In this document: piece by piece, positions 1 through 8,059 of the stretch
How the letters are laid out: each line of letters begins with the position of its first letter
How positions within the stretch are numbered: position 1 is the stretch's first letter
Assembly: GCA_027488785.1 (NCBI GenBank)
Contig: JAIYAY010000003.1
Coordinates: forward strand, 44,168-76,167
Length of the DNA stretch: 32,000 nt
DNA from: Sphingomonadales bacterium
Lineage (GTDB): Bacteria > Pseudomonadota > Alphaproteobacteria > Sphingomonadales > Sphingomonadaceae
Direction: 5' to 3'
Position numbers and translations under genes: made by a program
Notes under the pieces: model-generated
The model's input: the letters and a program-made list of their open reading frames with translations, nothing else
Told to the model about the DNA's origin: nothing
The model's database searches: none

Positions 1-581
1 CCGCGGATGAAGGCGGTGTCGATGCCGCCATCTATGATCACATGCGCGACATGAATGTTTTGCGGACCCAACTCACGCGCCATAGACTGCGCCAGCATCC
101 GCAACGCGCCCTTTGCACCGGAAAAGGCGGAGAAGCCTTTGCCGCCACGCATGCTTGCTGTTGCACCTGTGAAGATGATGGTGCCCGATTGGCGCGCGAC
201 CATGCGGCGCGCGGCCTCACGTCCCATGAGAAAGCCAGCGAACGCGGCCATTTCCCATACCTTGCGATACACTTGCGCGGTCATATCTAGGATCGAAAAA
301 TTGACGTTCGCGCCGATATTGAAAACGGCAACCTCAATTGGTCCTACGTCGCGCTCAATTGCATCGACCATCGCCACGACTTCGTCTTCGATACGCGCGT
401 CTGCTGGGTAAGCGCGAGCTTCATAACCTTCGGCGTGTATCGATTGCACCAGTGCTTCCAACTGATCAGCGTTACGCGCACGGCGATTGACGCAAGCGAC
501 ATAGCCTTCGCGTGCAAAAGCTTTAGCAATGGCCCCGCCTGTGGCGTCACCTGCGCCGACGATGAGGGCTGCCTTATTCAA
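1..581 (-). CDS. SDR family NAD(P)-dependent oxidoreductase, 3' end outside window
   Basis: Minus-strand translation from a TTG at 581: [35 protein letters not shown]...[45 protein letters not shown]. Glycine-rich nucleotide-binding N-terminus. Open to the window edge. Absent from the ORF track because it has a TTG start and is truncated. Confidence 0.82.
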   Translation of the reverse strand, partial: MNKAALIVGAGDATGGAIAKAFAREGYVACVNRRARNADQLEALVQSIHAEGYEARAYPADARIEDEVVAMVDAIERDVGPIEVAVFNIGANVNFSILDMTAQVYRKVWEMAAFAGFLMGREAARRMVARQSGTIIFTGATASMRGGKGFSAFSGAKGALRMLAQSMARELGPQNIHVAHVIIDGGIDTAFIR

Positions 582-919
582 TCTTTCTCAAGCGTGCATT
601 GCAGTGGATGCTGGTTCTTCTGCGCGAAGTCCATCACCTGCGTGACTTTGGTTTCCGCAACTTCATAGGTAAAAATGCCGCAGACGCCGACACCCTTTTG
701 GTGGACATGCAGCATCACCCGGGTCGCTTGATCGGTGTCCATCTGAAAAAACGCCTTAAGGACATGGATGACAAATTCCATCGGCGTATAATCATCGTTC
801 AGCAGCAACACTTTATAGAGGCTTGGCTTTTGCGTTTTCGGGCGCGTACGCGTGGCGAGGCCGACACCGGGTCTGCCATCATTTTTGTCATCGTCATCTT
901 GCGCCATGGAAATCTGCAT
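578..919 (-). CDS. clpS: ATP-dependent Clp protease adaptor ClpS
   Basis: C-terminal part of ORF 578..1270: [64 protein letters not shown], characteristic of ClpS. Start is either 919 (MQISMAQ) or 907 (MAQDDDD). Confidence 0.95.
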   Translation of the reverse strand: MQISMAQDDDDKNDGRPGVGLATRTRPKTQKPSLYKVLLLNDDYTPMEFVIHVLKAFFQMDTDQATRVMLHVHQKGVGVCGIFTYEVAETKVTQVMDFAQKNQHPLQCTLEKD

Positions 920-1124
920 CAGCCTAAAATAGGGCAGAGGAGGGGGTCTCCGCAAGCCCCGTTCATCATCTAATCGGTTGTACCAAAAAGAAACCGCCCT
1001 TTCCTTGACGGAAAGGACGGTTGTTTCATGGAATTGCACCGGTCGATCTCGACGTCCTACCGCCAAAAGGAGGAGAGAGAGGGTGGCAGGTGCATGACCC
1101 ACCGGCGCAATATCTTGCGAGAGC

Positions 1125-1757
1125 TTATGCAGCTTTCTTGAAAAGTTCAGTCGTCGCCGCAATGCGGTTTGAGATTGGCTGGAACATTTCGCTGGCCAGC
1201 TTGACCATCGCTTCCGTGTTCTTTGAACCCTGCGCAACAGCGGTATCGAAGCCCTTACGCACCAGTTCACCTTGAAGCTTAACGAAGTCTGTTGGCGACT
1301 TGACCGAAGTCAATTCCTTGACGGCAACCTGTACCTCTTCGAAATTCTTCTTGGCGAATTCGATGTTGGTCTTGCCGATTTCCTGAGCGCCCTTGGCAAC
1401 GATCTTGCCAGCTTCGACAACAGCTTCAACATTGGCTTTGTTGAATTCAACGGCTTCAGCAGCAAACTTCTTACCTTTTTCAGTAGCTTCGCTTGCCTTT
1501 TCACGAACGTCGGCGAAAAATTCAGTCGCTTTTTCAGCGGTCTTTTCTGCAGTGGCTTTAACTGTTTCAGTCATGTTGGATAGTCCTTGCGTAAAGGGTG
1601 TTGTTTCAACAGACACGGATTTGGGGCGCGACGAAGTGGTAGGTGTTGCTACCTTAGTCTTCGCGACGGTGCTTGGAGCCGTTTTTACAGATACGCGCTT
1701 TGGCGCTGCAACTTTTGCAGATTTTGCCGAGGCATTAGTTTCTGTTTTGCTTGTCAT
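1125..1757 (-). CDS. phasin family protein
   Basis: 210 aa protein starting [12 protein letters not shown]; Ala/Lys-rich linker, then a helical region [62 protein letters not shown] typical of phasin_2-type proteins. phaC is nearby. Confidence 0.88.
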   Translation of the reverse strand: MTSKTETNASAKSAKVAAPKRVSVKTAPSTVAKTKVATPTTSSRPKSVSVETTPFTQGLSNMTETVKATAEKTAEKATEFFADVREKASEATEKGKKFAAEAVEFNKANVEAVVEAGKIVAKGAQEIGKTNIEFAKKNFEEVQVAVKELTSVKSPTDFVKLQGELVRKGFDTAVAQGSKNTEAMVKLASEMFQPISNRIAATTELFKKAA

Positions 1758-1789
1758 GTGAAAGCACCATTTCTGTTGTGTTGCACTGC

Positions 1790-1818
1790 ACAATAAATAC
1801 AAATGCAAACTATGTCAA
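1790..1818 (-). promoter_or_regulatory. candidate sigma-70-type promoter of the phasin gene
   Basis: On the minus strand TTGACA (1818-1813), 17-nt spacer, TATTGT (1795-1790), about 33 nt upstream of the phasin start at 1757. Confidence 0.55.
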
Positions 1819-1857
1819 CAAAAAATGGTGCAGTGCACAAAAATCCCTTGGGTCAGG

Positions 1858-2997
1858 TTAATCCGCCAAAGTCAGCCGTTCAAAGCGTTCATAATGGTGA
1901 TCGGCCGAACCGAATTGATTCTCGATCATCGTCGCCCGCTTGAAGAAGTGACCGATGGCCAACTCTTGCGTGATGCCAATGCCGCCATGCGTTTGAATGG
2001 CGCTTTGTCCGACAAATTTTGCTGACCGCGATACCTTCGCCTTGCATGCCGATACTGCCGCCATACGTTCTGCCGCTGGCAGATCGAGCTTAAGCGTCGC
2101 CATAGTGGTCATGGACTTTGATTGCTCAACCTCCATGAACATGTCGACCATGCGATGCTGAAGTACTTGGAAACGCGAGATAGGCTGTCCAAATTGGTTG
2201 CGCTGACGCGCATATTCCAACGTGCCCTGATGTAGCTTCGCTGTTACCCCGCACGATTCTGCACAGACTGCGACGGTTGCTTCGTCCACAATCCGTTCGA
2301 TGAGCGGCAAGCCTACGCCTTCATCACCCAACAAAGCGTCTGCGGGAATTGCAACGTTTTCGAAATAGATTTCAGACGCCTGGAAACCATCCACGGTTGG
2401 GTAATCGCGGCGTACAATGCCCTTTGCATTGGCATCGATGAGGAACAACGACACGCCGTTCACATCGGTGGTAGCACCGCCCGTGCGCGCGGTAACGAGC
2501 AAATGCGTTGCCCATGGCGCGGCGTATACGACACCCTTGTGGCCGTTCAGTACATAGCCCGCGCCGTCCTTCTTTGCGGTCGTGCGGATATTGGCCAAGT
2601 TGTAGCGGCCCTGTGGCTCGGCATAGGCAAAGGCAATAATGACATTGCCGTTGATGATTTCGGGAATGACGGCATCCGCCACCGCGCCGCCAACCGCCTT
2701 TAATGCACCACCGCCAAGCACGACGGTCTGGAGATAAGGCTCGACAGCGATGACCTTGCCCAGCTCTTCCATGATCAGAGCGTTTTCGAGATAGCCACCG
2801 CCAAGGCCACCATGCTCTTCGCTGAATGAGGCGCCCAACATGCCGAGATCCTGGGCCAAAGCCTTCCAAATAGCCGGGTCACGCCCCGTGCCGCTGGCAA
2901 TCATCTTGCTGCGGCTATCGAAGTCATATGTGTCCGCTAAAAAGCGGCTCAATGTGTCGCGGATCATGTCCTGCGTTTCGGTGTAGCTGAAATCCAT
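1858..2997 (-). CDS. acyl-CoA dehydrogenase family protein (pimeloyl-CoA dehydrogenase small-subunit-like)
   Basis: 379 aa: MDFSYTETQDMIRDTLSRFLADTYDF...GMLGASFSEEHGGLGGGYLENALIMEELGKV...; C-terminal QTHGGIGITQELAIGHFFKRATMIENQFG. Confidence 0.9.
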   Translation of the reverse strand: MDFSYTETQDMIRDTLSRFLADTYDFDSRSKMIASGTGRDPAIWKALAQDLGMLGASFSEEHGGLGGGYLENALIMEELGKVIAVEPYLQTVVLGGGALKAVGGAVADAVIPEIINGNVIIAFAYAEPQGRYNLANIRTTAKKDGAGYVLNGHKGVVYAAPWATHLLVTARTGGATTDVNGVSLFLIDANAKGIVRRDYPTVDGFQASEIYFENVAIPADALLGDEGVGLPLIERIVDEATVAVCAESCGVTAKLHQGTLEYARQRNQFGQPISRFQVLQHRMVDMFMEVEQSKSMTTMATLKLDLPAAERMAAVSACKAKVSRSAKFVGQSAIQTHGGIGITQELAIGHFFKRATMIENQFGSADHHYERFERLTLAD

Positions 2998-3134
2998 TAT
3001 AGGCCTCTCTCACATTTTGGTCTCATTCCCGCGAAAGCCGGAATCTATGGCCTGACTGATGTGATGGAACAAAAGCTCAGACCATGGACCCCCGATCAAG
3101 TCAGGGGTGACACAGTTTTTGTTTCTAAGCGGGA

Positions 3135-4331
3135 TTAAATCCCCAGCACCATCTTGGCGATGATGTTGCGTTGGATTTCGTTCGATCCACCGTAAATCGT
3201 CGTCTTGCGGGTGTTGAAATAGGTCGGCGCAGCGCGATGTGCATAATCCGGACCGATTGGGTGCTCATTGTCGCCTTCGCCAAAGCCACGGAAATATGGC
3301 GCGCCATAATGGCCGACCGCTTCCAACGCGAGTTCGGTAATCCGTTGCTGGATTTCTGAACCTTTGATCTTCAACAGACTGGATTCCGGACCAGGGCCCT
3401 TGCCCGCTGCTTCACCGGCAAGGCTACGCAACTCGGTAAATTCAAGCGCAGTAAGGTCAATTTCAAGCTCCGAAATCTTGCGTTTGAAAAACGGATTGGC
3501 AATCAACGGGCGGTCGCCATCCTGTTCGGTGCGGGCAATAGCCTTGATCTTCTCCACGCCGCGCTTTGAGCGGGCAACGGCAGCAATGCCGGTACGTTCA
3601 TGCGCCAACAGGAACTTGGCGCATGTCCAACCCTTATTCTCCTCATATACGCGGTTTGCGACTGGCACGCGGACGTCTTCGAGCCAAACTTCGTTGACTT
3701 CATGCTCGCCGCCCAAGGTGATGATCGGGCGGACAGTTACACCCGGTGACTTCATATCGATTAACAGGAAGCTGATGCCCTCTTGCGCCTTGGCGTCGGG
3801 ATCGGTGCGAACCAAGAAGAAGCCCCAGTCGGCATGCTGTGCCATGGTTGTCCAGGTTTTTTGACCATTGACGACATAATGGTCACCGTCACGAACGGCC
3901 TTGGTGCGCAGCGATGCAAGGTCGGAACCAGCGCCGGGTTCCGAATATCCCTGGCACCACCAATCATCACCCGACAAGATACCGGGAAGGAATTTGGCTT
4001 TCTGCTCAGGCGTCCCAAATGTGTAAATGACAGGGCCGACCATCGACAGACCGAAGGGCATCGTACCAACGCAGTCTGCAGCCGCCAGTTCTTCTGACCA
4101 AATGAAACGCTCGGTTGCTGTCCAGCCAGTGCCGCCATATTCAACGGGCCATGCCGGCGCAATCCAGCCCTTTTTGGCGAGAATACGGTGCCATGACAGG
4201 AAATCTTCCTTCGAAAGATCATGTCCCTCGTCCTGCACCGAACGGAGATTCTGTGGGTAATTTTCGGCGATGAATGTGCGTACTTCCTTCTGGAAGGCGA
4301 TTTCTGCGGGGCTGAATTCCAGTTGCATCAC
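3135..4331 (-). CDS. acyl-CoA dehydrogenase family protein (pimeloyl-CoA dehydrogenase large-subunit-like)
   Basis: 398 aa: MMQLEFSPAEIAFQKEVRTFIAENYP...WPVEYGGTGWTATERFIW...QGYSEPGAGSDLASLRTKAVRDGDHYVVNGQKTWTT...TTIYGGSNEIQRNIIAKMVLG. Confidence 0.92.
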   Translation of the reverse strand: MMQLEFSPAEIAFQKEVRTFIAENYPQNLRSVQDEGHDLSKEDFLSWHRILAKKGWIAPAWPVEYGGTGWTATERFIWSEELAAADCVGTMPFGLSMVGPVIYTFGTPEQKAKFLPGILSGDDWWCQGYSEPGAGSDLASLRTKAVRDGDHYVVNGQKTWTTMAQHADWGFFLVRTDPDAKAQEGISFLLIDMKSPGVTVRPIITLGGEHEVNEVWLEDVRVPVANRVYEENKGWTCAKFLLAHERTGIAAVARSKRGVEKIKAIARTEQDGDRPLIANPFFKRKISELEIDLTALEFTELRSLAGEAAGKGPGPESSLLKIKGSEIQQRITELALEAVGHYGAPYFRGFGEGDNEHPIGPDYAHRAAPTYFNTRKTTIYGGSNEIQRNIIAKMVLGI

Positions 4332-4363
4332 GATTCTCCTAAAAAGCTAATTTCGAACTAGTC

Positions 4364-4381
4364 GACGTTTACGTAAACGTC
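4364..4381. promoter_or_regulatory. perfect 18-bp palindrome, candidate operator
   Basis: GACGTTTACGTAAACGTC equals its own reverse complement; 33-50 nt upstream of the acyl-CoA dehydrogenase start (4331), between it and the phaC 3' end. Confidence 0.6.
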
Positions 4382-4390
4382 AATTGAATC

Positions 4391-6043
4391 TCATCGTGCC
4401 TTCACATAGCTGCCTGGAGCCGATTCTAGCGCCTTCAGCATGCCTTGGCCTGGTTGACGCGGGCCAGTCGCTGACACGCGTGTATTGCCCTTCTCTGTCA
4501 GCCAGTTGAGCCAATCGGGCCACCAGCTACCCTTTGTCTCTGTGGCGCCCTCAATGAACGCCGCATATGAGGACGGCACGGCGTCGTTGGTCCAATATTG
4601 ATATTTCATCTGCGCAGGCGGGTTGACGACACCTGCAATATGACCGCTGCCCGCCAGCACGAATTTGATGGGACCAGTGAAATGCTCCTGCAGTTTCCAG
4701 ACGCTTTCGGCGGGCGCAATATGATCCTCGCGGCCAGCCTGAATATAGGTCGGCGTTTTCACCCAGCGCAGGTCAATTGGGGTGCCGAGTACCGACAAAT
4801 CATTTGGCTTCACGAGCCGGTTATCGCGATAAAGGTCGACGAGATAGTTTCGGTGCCATTTTGCGGGTAGGTTGGTGACGTCGCCATTCCAGTGCAGCAA
4901 ATCGAAGGCAGGATAGTCTTCACCCAGAAGATAATTTTTGACGACGGTGGACCATATCAAATCCTTGCCGCGTAGCATGTTGAAGGTCAGTGCGAGGAAA
5001 CGGCCATCCAAATACCCCTGCGGTGCGCTCAGCGCTTCCGTCATCGCAATCTGCTGATCATCGATAAAATGCAAAAGTTCGCCGCTCGAACTGAAATCGA
5101 CCTGCGCTGTAAAAAAGGTTGCGCTACGCACTTTGTCCGCAGCGTCGGTTGCCGCGAGGACCGCAAGCGTTGCCGCCAAGGTCGTACCCGCAACACAATA
5201 GCCTATCGCATGGACATCCGGCACATCAAGCGCGCTGCACACAGTATCAATAGCGTCTATCTGCGCCGCGATATAATCATCCCAGATAACGTCCTTCATC
5301 GAAGCATCTGCTGATTTCCATGACACGACAAAAACCGTGATGCCTTGGTCGACGCAATATTTGATGAAGCTTTTTTCTGCCGTGAGGTCGAGAATATAAA
5401 AACGATTGATCCAAGGCGGGAAAATGATGAGCGGGGTTTTCAGAACATTTTCCGTGGACGGGTCATATTGTATGAGCTGATACAATGGCGTTTGGTGCAC
5501 GACCTTGCCCGGTGTCGATGCGATGTTTTCGCCAAGTGTGAACGCGCTAGAATCGGTGTGCGTCAATTGTCCGCGCTGCATGTCCTGCATCATATGCTGC
5601 ATACCTGACATCAGGCTTGCGCCCTTGGTCTCGATAGCGCGTTCCAGCGCGACGGGGTTGGTGAAAGGGGAGTTGGCGGGGCTCATCGCGTCGATTATGC
5701 TGCGCAAGGCAAAGCCCATTTTTGCTTTATCAGTTTCGGGCACACCATCCAATTGGTCCGCCGCAGCCAACATATATTCGGACATGAGTTGATAGCTTTG
5801 ACGGACTAAGTCGAATACGGGATGCTCCCATTGCGGGGCGGCAAAACGGCGATCTGTCGCGTCGACCTTGTCACGGCCAGCTTTAGCCAGCGGTTCCAAC
5901 ACGGGGCCCCAAGCATCCAATGCCGCCCGATAGGCCGTTAGTGGGTCAGTCGTGGCCGCGCCGGATTGCGCGAACAACTTCATGAACTGCGTCGGGTCCA
6001 TGAAGGGCGGTATTTCGGATGAGTCGGCCATATCGATAGGCAT
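4391..6043 (-). CDS. phaC: class I poly(R)-hydroxyalkanoic acid synthase
   Basis: 550 aa: TPLIIFPPWINRFYILDLTAEKSFIKYCVDQGITVFVVSWK, lipase-like box GYCVAGT (GxCxG), GREDHIAPAESVWKL and C-terminal GSGHIAGVVNPP. Confidence 0.96.
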   Translation of the reverse strand: MPIDMADSSEIPPFMDPTQFMKLFAQSGAATTDPLTAYRAALDAWGPVLEPLAKAGRDKVDATDRRFAAPQWEHPVFDLVRQSYQLMSEYMLAAADQLDGVPETDKAKMGFALRSIIDAMSPANSPFTNPVALERAIETKGASLMSGMQHMMQDMQRGQLTHTDSSAFTLGENIASTPGKVVHQTPLYQLIQYDPSTENVLKTPLIIFPPWINRFYILDLTAEKSFIKYCVDQGITVFVVSWKSADASMKDVIWDDYIAAQIDAIDTVCSALDVPDVHAIGYCVAGTTLAATLAVLAATDAADKVRSATFFTAQVDFSSSGELLHFIDDQQIAMTEALSAPQGYLDGRFLALTFNMLRGKDLIWSTVVKNYLLGEDYPAFDLLHWNGDVTNLPAKWHRNYLVDLYRDNRLVKPNDLSVLGTPIDLRWVKTPTYIQAGREDHIAPAESVWKLQEHFTGPIKFVLAGSGHIAGVVNPPAQMKYQYWTNDAVPSSYAAFIEGATETKGSWWPDWLNWLTEKGNTRVSATGPRQPGQGMLKALESAPGSYVKAR

Positions 6044-6130
6044 ATCAAAGCAAATGAAATTGTCGAAGATTGTTTTGTTGTGCGGCGCAGCATGGACATT
6101 CTATTAAAAAGAGCGCAAAGGCGCGCCATA

Positions 6131-7957
6131 ATGACATTTGAAAATATACCTTCGCTTCTCGATGAAGCGCTCACCGCGCGTGGATATACTACGTTAACGC
6201 CCGTTCAAAACGCTGTAATTGCTGATGAGGTCATCGGACGCGACCTCGTCGTGTCGGCACAAACCGGCTCGGGGAAGACCGTGGCCTTTGGCCTCGCTAT
6301 GGCCCCCCAAATCCTTGATGGCGGTCTAGTTAGCCTTGCACGCGAGCCTGCGGCGCTCATCATCGCGCCGACCCGTGAGCTTGCCTTGCAGGTGAGCCGC
6401 GAATTAATGTGGCTCTATGGCAAAGCAGGCGTGCGTATTGCGACCTGCGTTGGCGGGATGGACGCGTCGAAAGAGCGGCGTAACTTGAACCAAGGCGCGC
6501 AGATTGTTGTCGGCACCCCCGGACGGCTGCGCGACCATTTGGAACGTGGCGCGCTTGACCTGTCGGCGTTGAAGGTCGCGATCTTGGACGAAGCGGACGA
6601 AATGCTCGACATGGGCTTCCGCGAAGAGCTGGAAGAGATATTGAACGCTACGCCGGAAGGCCGGCGGACATTGTTGTTCTCGGCCACTATGCCGAAACCG
6701 ATTGTATCACTGGCCAAACGGTATCAGCGCGATGCTTTGCGCATTTCAACCGTTGGTGAAGACCGCGGCCATGGCGACATCAGCTATCAAGTGGTGACGG
6801 TCGCGCCACCGGACATCGAAAACGCTGTCGTTAACCTGCTACGATTGCATGAGGCGGAAACGGCTATCTTGTTTTGCGCAACCCGTGAAAATGTTCGCCG
6901 CTTGCATGCCAGCTTAACGGAGCGCGGTTTTAACGTTGTCGCTTTGTCGGGTGAGCATTCGCAGTCCGAACGTAACCATGCTCTACAGGCTTTGCGTGAC
7001 CGCCGTGCCCGCGTCTGTGTGGCCACTGACGTTGCCGCACGCGGTATCGATTTGCCGAACCTGTCGCTGGTTGTGCATGTCGAACTGCCACGCGATGCCG
7101 AAGGACTTCAGCACAGATCAGGGCGGACTGGCCGCGCAGGCCGCAAGGGTACCGCTGTCTTGATCGTGCCCTATCAACGCCGCAAGCGCGTGGAATCCAT
7201 GCTGCGCGGCGCCAAGATTGAGGCCGATTGGATCAAGGTTCCAACCGCTGCGGATATCCGTGCCAAGGACCATGAACGCCTGCTTGAAACGCTTCTCACA
7301 CCTGTGGATGTTGAGGACGAAGACCGCGCGCTGGGCGCCCGTTTGCTCGAAACCATGTCGGCCGAAGATATTGCTGCCGCCTTGGTCCGTGTGCATCGTG
7401 CCAAGATGCCGCAAGCTGAAGATTTGCTGGATGACGGCAGCCGCGAACGTCAACGCGACGACCGTCGCGCCGGATTTGACGATTCGGTCTGGTTCAAACT
7501 GAACGTTGGTCGCCGCAACAATGCAGACCCCAAATGGATATTGCCATTATTGTGCCGTCGTGGCGGCGTGACCAAGAATGACATTGGTGCCATCCGCATT
7601 GCCGCCAATGAAACGCATGTCGGCATTGCGGCGGCTGCAGTCGCCAAATTTGCCAAAGCAATTGCGCAACCGGGGCATGACGAAGACAATGACGTCGAAA
7701 TCGTGCAGGCCAGTGGCCCGCCTCGGGAAGCAGCGCGCGAAAATAAGCGTATGGCCCGCGATGGTGATCGTCCGCAGCGTGCCAAGCTTGGCGTCAATCC
7801 ACGCGGCGATGGGTCGCCACGGGGAAGCAATTCTCGCGGCGACAGACCCCGTGGCGGCGGTTCAGGCCGCGATGGCGCACGTCCTTTCCGCAAGGATGGT
7901 CCACCACCGTCAAAGCATGGTGTCAAACACAAGGCCAAGGGCAACCGCCCGCGTTAA
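6131..7957 (+). CDS. DEAD/DEAH-box RNA helicase with DbpA-like RNA-binding region and basic RG-rich tail
   Basis: Motifs AQTGSGKT, PTRELA, DEAD (ILDEADEMLD), SAT, HRSGRTGRAGRKG; C-terminus RGDGSPRGSNSRGDRPRGGGSGRDGARPF. Start chosen at ATG 6131 (MTFENIPSLLDEAL); the track ORF begins at an upstream GTG at 6080. Confidence 0.95.
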   Translation: MTFENIPSLLDEALTARGYTTLTPVQNAVIADEVIGRDLVVSAQTGSGKTVAFGLAMAPQILDGGLVSLAREPAALIIAPTRELALQVSRELMWLYGKAGVRIATCVGGMDASKERRNLNQGAQIVVGTPGRLRDHLERGALDLSALKVAILDEADEMLDMGFREELEEILNATPEGRRTLLFSATMPKPIVSLAKRYQRDALRISTVGEDRGHGDISYQVVTVAPPDIENAVVNLLRLHEAETAILFCATRENVRRLHASLTERGFNVVALSGEHSQSERNHALQALRDRRARVCVATDVAARGIDLPNLSLVVHVELPRDAEGLQHRSGRTGRAGRKGTAVLIVPYQRRKRVESMLRGAKIEADWIKVPTAADIRAKDHERLLETLLTPVDVEDEDRALGARLLETMSAEDIAAALVRVHRAKMPQAEDLLDDGSRERQRDDRRAGFDDSVWFKLNVGRRNNADPKWILPLLCRRGGVTKNDIGAIRIAANETHVGIAAAAVAKFAKAIAQPGHDEDNDVEIVQASGPPREAARENKRMARDGDRPQRAKLGVNPRGDGSPRGSNSRGDRPRGGGSGRDGARPFRKDGPPPSKHGVKHKAKGNRPR

Positions 7958-8059
7958 TGGATGTTAGGCCGGAAACGGCTTGAGATAGTTTTTCTGGAAA
8001 TGCGCTGAAACTTCGCGCATGAGGGCGGTCTTGAGTAAACCAACCCGAAACGGGAGCTT

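Noticed and set aside
578-1270. 230-aa ORF taken as a single protein
   Set aside because: Only the C-terminal ~110 aa is ClpS; the N-terminal [22 protein letters not shown]... looks like low-plausibility read-through of noncoding DNA and phasin antisense. An internal start was chosen.
7450-7944. 164-aa minus-strand ORF opposite the helicase tail
   Set aside because: Pro/Arg/Ser-rich shadow of the RG-rich tail; composition explained by the sense strand.
7966-7995. Possible terminator after the helicase (GCCGGAAACGGC)
   Set aside because: Only a 4-bp stem, and the T-run begins several bases away, so not reported as a feature.
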